Shown here in pieces: positions 32,301 through 34,538 of a stretch of DNA of 34,538 nt; position 1 is the first letter of the stretch, and each line of letters opens with the position of its first letter. Position numbers and translations under genes: made by a program. Source of the DNA: Piedraia hortae CBS 480.64 (Eukaryota). Location: NCBI GenBank assembly GCA_010093745.1, contig MU006050.1:1-34538 (forward strand). Reading direction: 5' to 3'. Under the pieces are notes generated by a model. That model ran no database searches and was not told the origin of the DNA. It was given only the letters and a program-made list of their open reading frames with translations.

Positions 32301-34281
32301 GATCACCGAATGCAGTGGATTCAACACCTGCTTGACCTTCCTTACTGGACGACCCAGCAGTTCCGCCAGAGCGTTGGCTGAGAGACCATTGCGCAGTACA
32401 ATGAGGGGCTTAACAATCTCTTGAAATGACGAAACCCAGGTAGTCCCCCTTGCGCCTCCGGCATAACGCTCAGCTTGCTTCAGAATAGATAGATACATGG
32501 ATCCTAGTCCGTTTCCGGAAAATAGGTCGTAATTCATTTCCAACATTTCTTCGAGTTGCAGCTCAGGGTCACCTTGTTTGAGCATTCGGCAAGCGGTAGC
32601 TGCTACAATGAAAAGGGGCTGAGAATTGGACACCAGAGTTTCTATGGCAGAGTCTCCAGGCCAATCTTCGTCAAGATCATGCCGAGCACGAATCTTCTCG
32701 AAGGTTTCACGGAAAAAAACGCGAATATCGCCCTCGATTGTGTGCTCTTGCTCCCTGTCTAGAACTTTGTGAACGTATCCAGAATTGGGAAAGTTGAAAT
32801 GCTTGGCGTAATCTGGCCGGCTCGTAATGAGTACTCGCAGATCTATTGAAGGAATTTCAACCAGTTTTGCTAAGTGCAGTAGGACAACTTCAATGTCATC
32901 GGTGTTATCGCACTCATCCAGAGAGTCGATCACGAAAAACATTGGTGTTCTCGAATCGGCGTCAGAAGCGAGTTCAAGAGGGGTTTTCAGGAGCTTCTGG
33001 AACTGAATTCCTACATGTTTTTCACAAGCTTGAGAGTCTTTTGCGAGAACAGATGCAATTGACTCGGCCACGCTGCGCAGCTCCCCGGTCAGTTGTTTTG
33101 CCATGGTAGGAACTATGTAAGACAGCTTGCCCAAATCACCAACTGCACGGTTGAAGAAAAAACTGGCGACTAAGAACTCGCCGCCAGAGTCCATAACCTT
33201 GGCCACAGTGCGGGCAAGTGTGGTCTTTCCAGTCCCGGCCATTCCACTCAACCACATAATTCTTTTATCTTTTGGAGGATCCTCGGCCCACCGGGTAATT
33301 TCCCATATCAGAGCTTCGCGTGTTCCTTGGGAACAGTACGAGTTTTGAGCATCGTATACCGCCCCTTTGGCTTCTTTCAGTCCTTTCAGGTCCAGTTTCA
33401 GGTTAGCCGAATCCAGTTTGCCTTCCACTCTCGCGACGGCGTTTCTAAGGTCAGTTTCCAACTGATCTAGTTGGTTATTCAGCCCTCTTGTCCATCCATC
33501 ATAGCTCTCGCGATCGCACATGGCCACCCCATCTCGCACTTTGTGCCGTAGTTCTCCGCAGCGCTCTTGCATGCCCTTAAGGTTAAAATCATTTTTGACG
33601 GTATTGCAAAACTTTTTCCACGCACTTGCCGAGTGTGCTAGCATTGCATTGGCCAAGATGCGATAAACTTGAGCGAAAAGCTCAACAAGATCATTACCCA
33701 GCCTCTCGGCTTGATTAGATGGTGGGAGCTTGCAAAACCAATCATGATAGATACTCAGTAAGGAGCAGGTATACGTAACGGTATCGAGCGCATCAATGAG
33801 CGCTTCTCGTCTTGCTTTCTGCTCAACCGCTATCTGTGGGTACCGGTTAGATCAAGGTCACACATCGTACAACTCTGTGGCTTACTACAAGGAGCACATT
33901 AACACACGCCCATACTCCGCCTAGATACAAGGACTGCATGTTTCCTAAAGACGCACCGGAGTCTCTGAAGCGATAGATACTAGCGAGTATCCTTTCTGTC
34001 TTCCTGATCGCTCTACCCCACCCATTCACACGAGTTACAACTTCCTCAAGCTTCTTCGCTTCATCTTCAAGGAAGGTCAAATCCTCAATGGCGTGGCCGT
34101 TCTCATTTAGCTTGCGTAAGATCTCCTCTCGCTCTCGATCATTGAGCTTGTCTAGCGCCAACCCCCGCAGCTGGTGTGGGTCCCGTGGATCTTTTGACAT
34201 TGTCGGCTGCAGCAGTGCACCAACCGAATGTTGCACAGCAGTGGAGCTGTGGTATTTTTGACGTGACGACCTCCAGGGCAT
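29352..34281 (-). CDS. NWD-type fungal NLR: helical N-terminal domain, NACHT NTPase, WD40 repeats; about 1600 aa; intron 33885-33834; start 34281 or 34200
   Basis: CSQGTRE, WLSGMAGTGKTT (Walker A), ASFFF, FFVIDSLDEC (Walker B), VLITSRP, HLSFREFL, YAARYWISHL, HFLHWIE, PLQAY, WD repeats such as FTGHSSSVKALSF..DGTVYVW. Phase-0 intron (GTAAGC, CTAAC, CAG) links the 144-aa ORF to the 1434-aa ORF through an open frame. Confidence 0.93.
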
Positions 34282-34538
34282 CCGTGAAGATGTTCAAGGC
34301 ATGAAGCAGGGGCAGGTAGGCTATTGTACGAGCGACGTTGATAGAATGACGCAGGGCTCAGCCTTGCGCTTAAGCTGCAGTTTCCCCATTTGTAACTTTG
34401 AACTCAACCCAAAGTAACCACGTGATCCATTCGAAGCTGAGCTCAACGCAGCTCGACAACTACATCTTTGCATAGCATTTGCGAAAGATCAAGCTGAATG
34501 TTGTGAATATGCGGTATATTACGCGCATTATTAGTAAC

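Noticed and set aside
33657..34538. Search for an amyloid signalling motif or adjacent effector gene for the NLR
   Set aside because: No G/N/Q-rich pseudo-repeat at the N-terminus and no HeLo, HET or gasdermin-like neighbour within the window.
1..34538. Transposase, reverse transcriptase, LTR/TIR, rRNA or CRISPR features
   Set aside because: None seen; the sequence is eukaryotic and no long repeats or element motifs were evident by eye.

Overview
Eukaryotic, fungal (Pezizomycotina-type) genomic DNA with short GT-AG introns (44-61 nt, CTRAC/CTAAT branch sites). Two very compact blocks of conserved genes (1.1-4.0 kb: 3-hydroxyisobutyrate dehydrogenase, Atg28-like, PBDC1/YPL225W-like; 10.3-23.2 kb: Rrn9-domain, eIF4E, GPI14/PIG-M, secreted SMP-30-like propeller, MARVEL protein, eIF2-beta, IEC3, Nop13-like RRM, COQ6, MED1) alternate with gene-poor stretches containing decayed coding relics. 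The window ends in an intact NACHT-WD40 (NWD-type) NLR gene. Best unannotated signals: a well-formed box C/D snoRNA in the one long intron of the dehydrogenase gene; a frameshifted paralog of the NLR 5' end at the opposite end of the window; an AGC1 mitochondrial-carrier fragment fused in frame to an unrelated relic beside the NLR; a possible COQ6 first exon whose ATG overlaps the MED1 ATG; and repeated C-rich to G-rich composition switches inside genes. Family assignments come from recalled motifs; no database searches were run.
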